Shown here piece after piece: positions 43,382 through 45,979 of a DNA stretch of 45,979 nt. Origin of the DNA: Reclinomonas americana ATCC 50394. Taxonomy: Eukaryota. Position 1 is the stretch's first letter. Each line of letters begins with the position of its first letter. The position numbers were made by a program, and so were the translations under genes. The notes beneath the pieces were generated by a model. That model searched no databases, had not been told where the DNA came from, and saw nothing but the letters and a program-made list of their open reading frames with translations. The stretch is from the NCBI GenBank assembly GCA_048213135.1, contig PS015246.1, positions 1 through 45,979 on the forward strand. Reading direction: 5' to 3'.

Positions 43382-43698
43382 CAACACTCACTCACCAAGC
43401 ACACTGGACACAGATACTCGTCCGCCAACACTCGCGACTCCTCCGCCACATTCTCCATCCACAAACGTGGTGGCTCCTTCTCTTTCTCTCCCACCTCCGA
43501 TGGACGGCGACGATGCACAGCGCGCACCACACAAAACACGTGCTGTTCCTCACTGTCACCAGAGAGTCGCATCACTTGCTGCTCGAGAACAACCTGACTA
43601 TCATCCTCTGCAGCAGAAGGAGGAGGGAGAAGAGGAGGAGCAGCGGATCCACTGCCTTCTCCACCACTGCCTCCAATGTGCGCGTCTTCAAAACCCAT
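41281..43698 (-). CDS. RING-like + TRAF-type zinc fingers + coiled coil + TLDc protein, copy 1
   Basis: YLCPVC..LCASGLHYLCREH, repeats C..GC....L..M.EH...C, an ERERLARE coiled coil, and TLDc LLFKGSRDGF..FHLQCDNRGATLVVVKS..GGYT..W..FGPCFGG..YEVF. The 5' end is uncertain. Confidence 0.85.
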
Positions 43699-44019
43699 TC
43701 GTCACCGTTCATGTCCCGCAGCGTTATTTGTCGGGACATGCGTCTTCCTACAACTACTAATCCAAACAGCAACACAGCTGCATGATGATCACCATCTTGA
43801 GTGAGCACCAGAAACTCAGACATCACGGAAAAAGCGAGAAAAAGTCGAGATGGCAAATGCTGGCGTTTCTGCACGAAACCATGGCTTGTGACAAGCATGG
43901 ACTGCTTACTTCTCAGTGGTAACCATTGACATCTCCCTCCCCTCCTCCTTCATCACCCACGCAGGATACACAGGAATTGCAGTTCAGACTACATTGATGT
44001 TGGCGAGATGGATGATGCT

Positions 44020-45947
44020 TCACTCAACGAGGAAGACTTCGTAGTCTGCCACTTGGAAGTACTGCGATCCCATCAACGTCGTGTTGTCACATGCTGCACC
44101 GTCTGTGCTCTGATAGTAGCACGGAAGGCGACTGTTGCTGCTGCTGTTGCTGTTGCAGTTGTCATGCAAGAAAATATCGCAGCCGCCGAAGATTGGCCCA
44201 TATGAAGAAGAGTATTGAACGGCATTCTGCTTCTTATCGCCCTTCAGTGCAAAGCGTCGCGCACTCGCACCACTCCACGATGCCGAAAACAAGAAGCTGG
44301 TGCCGGATGGATCGGCGCCCCACCCACCAGCAGAAGTCCACGAGACAGGCGTGTACCCGCCACACACTCGTCCCATCGACGACTTGACCAAGACCAGCGT
44401 CGCTCTGCGCACAGTCTCTCATCCATCACCACTGAACACAGCAAGCACTCTCACTTCCTCAATCACTCACCCACGATTGTCACATCGCTGATGGAATGTG
44501 GTTGCGTCAAACCCATCTCGACTGCCTTTGAACAGCAACGTCAGCTTGGGCACACTCCCGCCGCTGCCTCGCGCTTGCTGCACCCACTGCAGCACCACTC
44601 GTCCATCTGCAGCATTCAGCAGATCGCTGTCAATCTTCCTCTCCGCCCGCTCCCGCTCCTCTCGTTCCCTGGCCAGCCGCTCTCGCTCCTCCTGCTCCCT
44701 GGCCTGCCGCTCTCGCTCCTCCTGCTCCCTGGCCAGCCGCTCGCGTTCCGCCGCCTCGCGTTCCTGGATCGCTTGTTCACGCATCTCCAGCGGTTCGAGA
44801 CGGGCGAGCAGCTGCAGATAACAAGGGACAGAGTGAGGAGAGGAGTGGCGCATTCACATCCACCGGCATTCACACAACAGACCTGAGCAACGCCTCTCTC
44901 GAGAGCTTCACGCAAGCGCTGCTCAGTCTGCTCGGCAGCTCGTCTCTCTTCTCGTTCAGTAGCCAGTTGCTGCCGACACTCGACAAGCATCCCCACACAA
45001 TCGGCAAGCTGCTCACGATCAACTTGCCTCGCCCGTTGCTCAGCGGCCAGTTGCTGCTCAACACATTGTCTCGCCTCTCTCTCCTGAGCCACCAACTGCG
45101 ATAGCTCTCGCACTCGACCATGCAGCTGCCAACACAAACAAGAACCACATCAGCTGCATGACATGGCCAGCAGCATCATTCCAACCTCACCTCTCGCAGC
45201 GGTCGCTCCACTCGCAACACATCACACACTCGCTCATGCTCCTCCCTCTCGCCACCAATACCACGCCATCCACACCCCAGTTCACCACCACGACACACTG
45301 TCTGCTGCAGTCGGCATTCCGTTTCTGCCACAAGAGACACCACATCAGTCTCAAGTCACATCACTCTCCATCACGCTTACTCACCAAGATGCCGCTGCAT
45401 CTCCGCCAGTGAGCATTGCTGCTGGCATCCGCGCGGACATGCTCGCATGCACCCACTCCAGCTGTGCTCCACCATCTCGCTCAGCGCCAATCGCACTCCA
45501 CATCCGAGCGGACACTCGCGCAAACACCCGCTCCACTCATGCTCCGCCGTGCGATCCAGTGTCATCTGCTGACCACACCTCTCGCATCCATGCGGACACT
45601 GCGTGAGGCCATGTGTGCGGTAATAGTCGCCCACCGTCTGTTCATCCACCAGTAAGGAGAGAGAAAGCAAGACAATCAACTCTCCGTGACAACACAAACC
45701 ATGGATGCGTGGCACAGCGGGCATGTGATCTGTGATGCTCCCTCATGTCAACATCAGTGGTGACCACTCAACAATAACCACACGCAACCTTCACATTGCG
45801 GTACGTCAGCAGGTTCCGAGGAAGAGCCTGGTGTACAGTGGCCAGTGACGTGACTCCATCACCACACAGATCCGATCCAGCCTCCGTCACATGCTCACTG
45901 ACGCATGAATCCCCCCAAGGAGAGAGAGAGAGAGTCAGTGCACAGCT

Positions 45948-45979
<32 letters not shown>
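44020..45979 (-). CDS. RING-like/TRAF zinc finger + coiled coil + TLDc protein, copy 2 (5' end outside the window)
   Basis: Collinear with copy 1 (stop codons 2739 bp apart). Same TLDc and zinc-finger exons, with similarity extending into introns. Confidence 0.85.

Overview
Gene-dense, GC-rich eukaryotic (probably protist) scaffold with short spliceosomal introns (mostly about 55-90 nt), microsatellites and assembly gaps. All gene models were reconstructed by hand from GT-AG sites, reading frame and recognisable motifs. Genes in order: a partial minus-strand gene, a PH-domain protein, golgin CASP/COY1, two tandem TPM-TM-RING-H2 paralogs, THADA/Trm732, a ferric reductase (FRE/NOX family), a two-domain GT77 (RRA-like) glycosyltransferase, two tandem 7TM-RGS genes, a GATase-like/TEP1-type TROVE/vWA fusion, an intronless WD40 gene, zeta-COP, and two tandem RING/TRAF-zinc-finger/coiled-coil/TLDc genes (the second runs off the window). 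The most striking signal is a second class of 5' splice site. About 37 of roughly 120-130 hand-placed introns begin GTTGCG or a close variant, which is the normal donor with its conserved G moved from +5 to +6, and these almost always follow a non-G exon end. Other notable items are a 31-bp intron-exon hairpin, a ~490-bp foldback and extremely short intergenic gaps.
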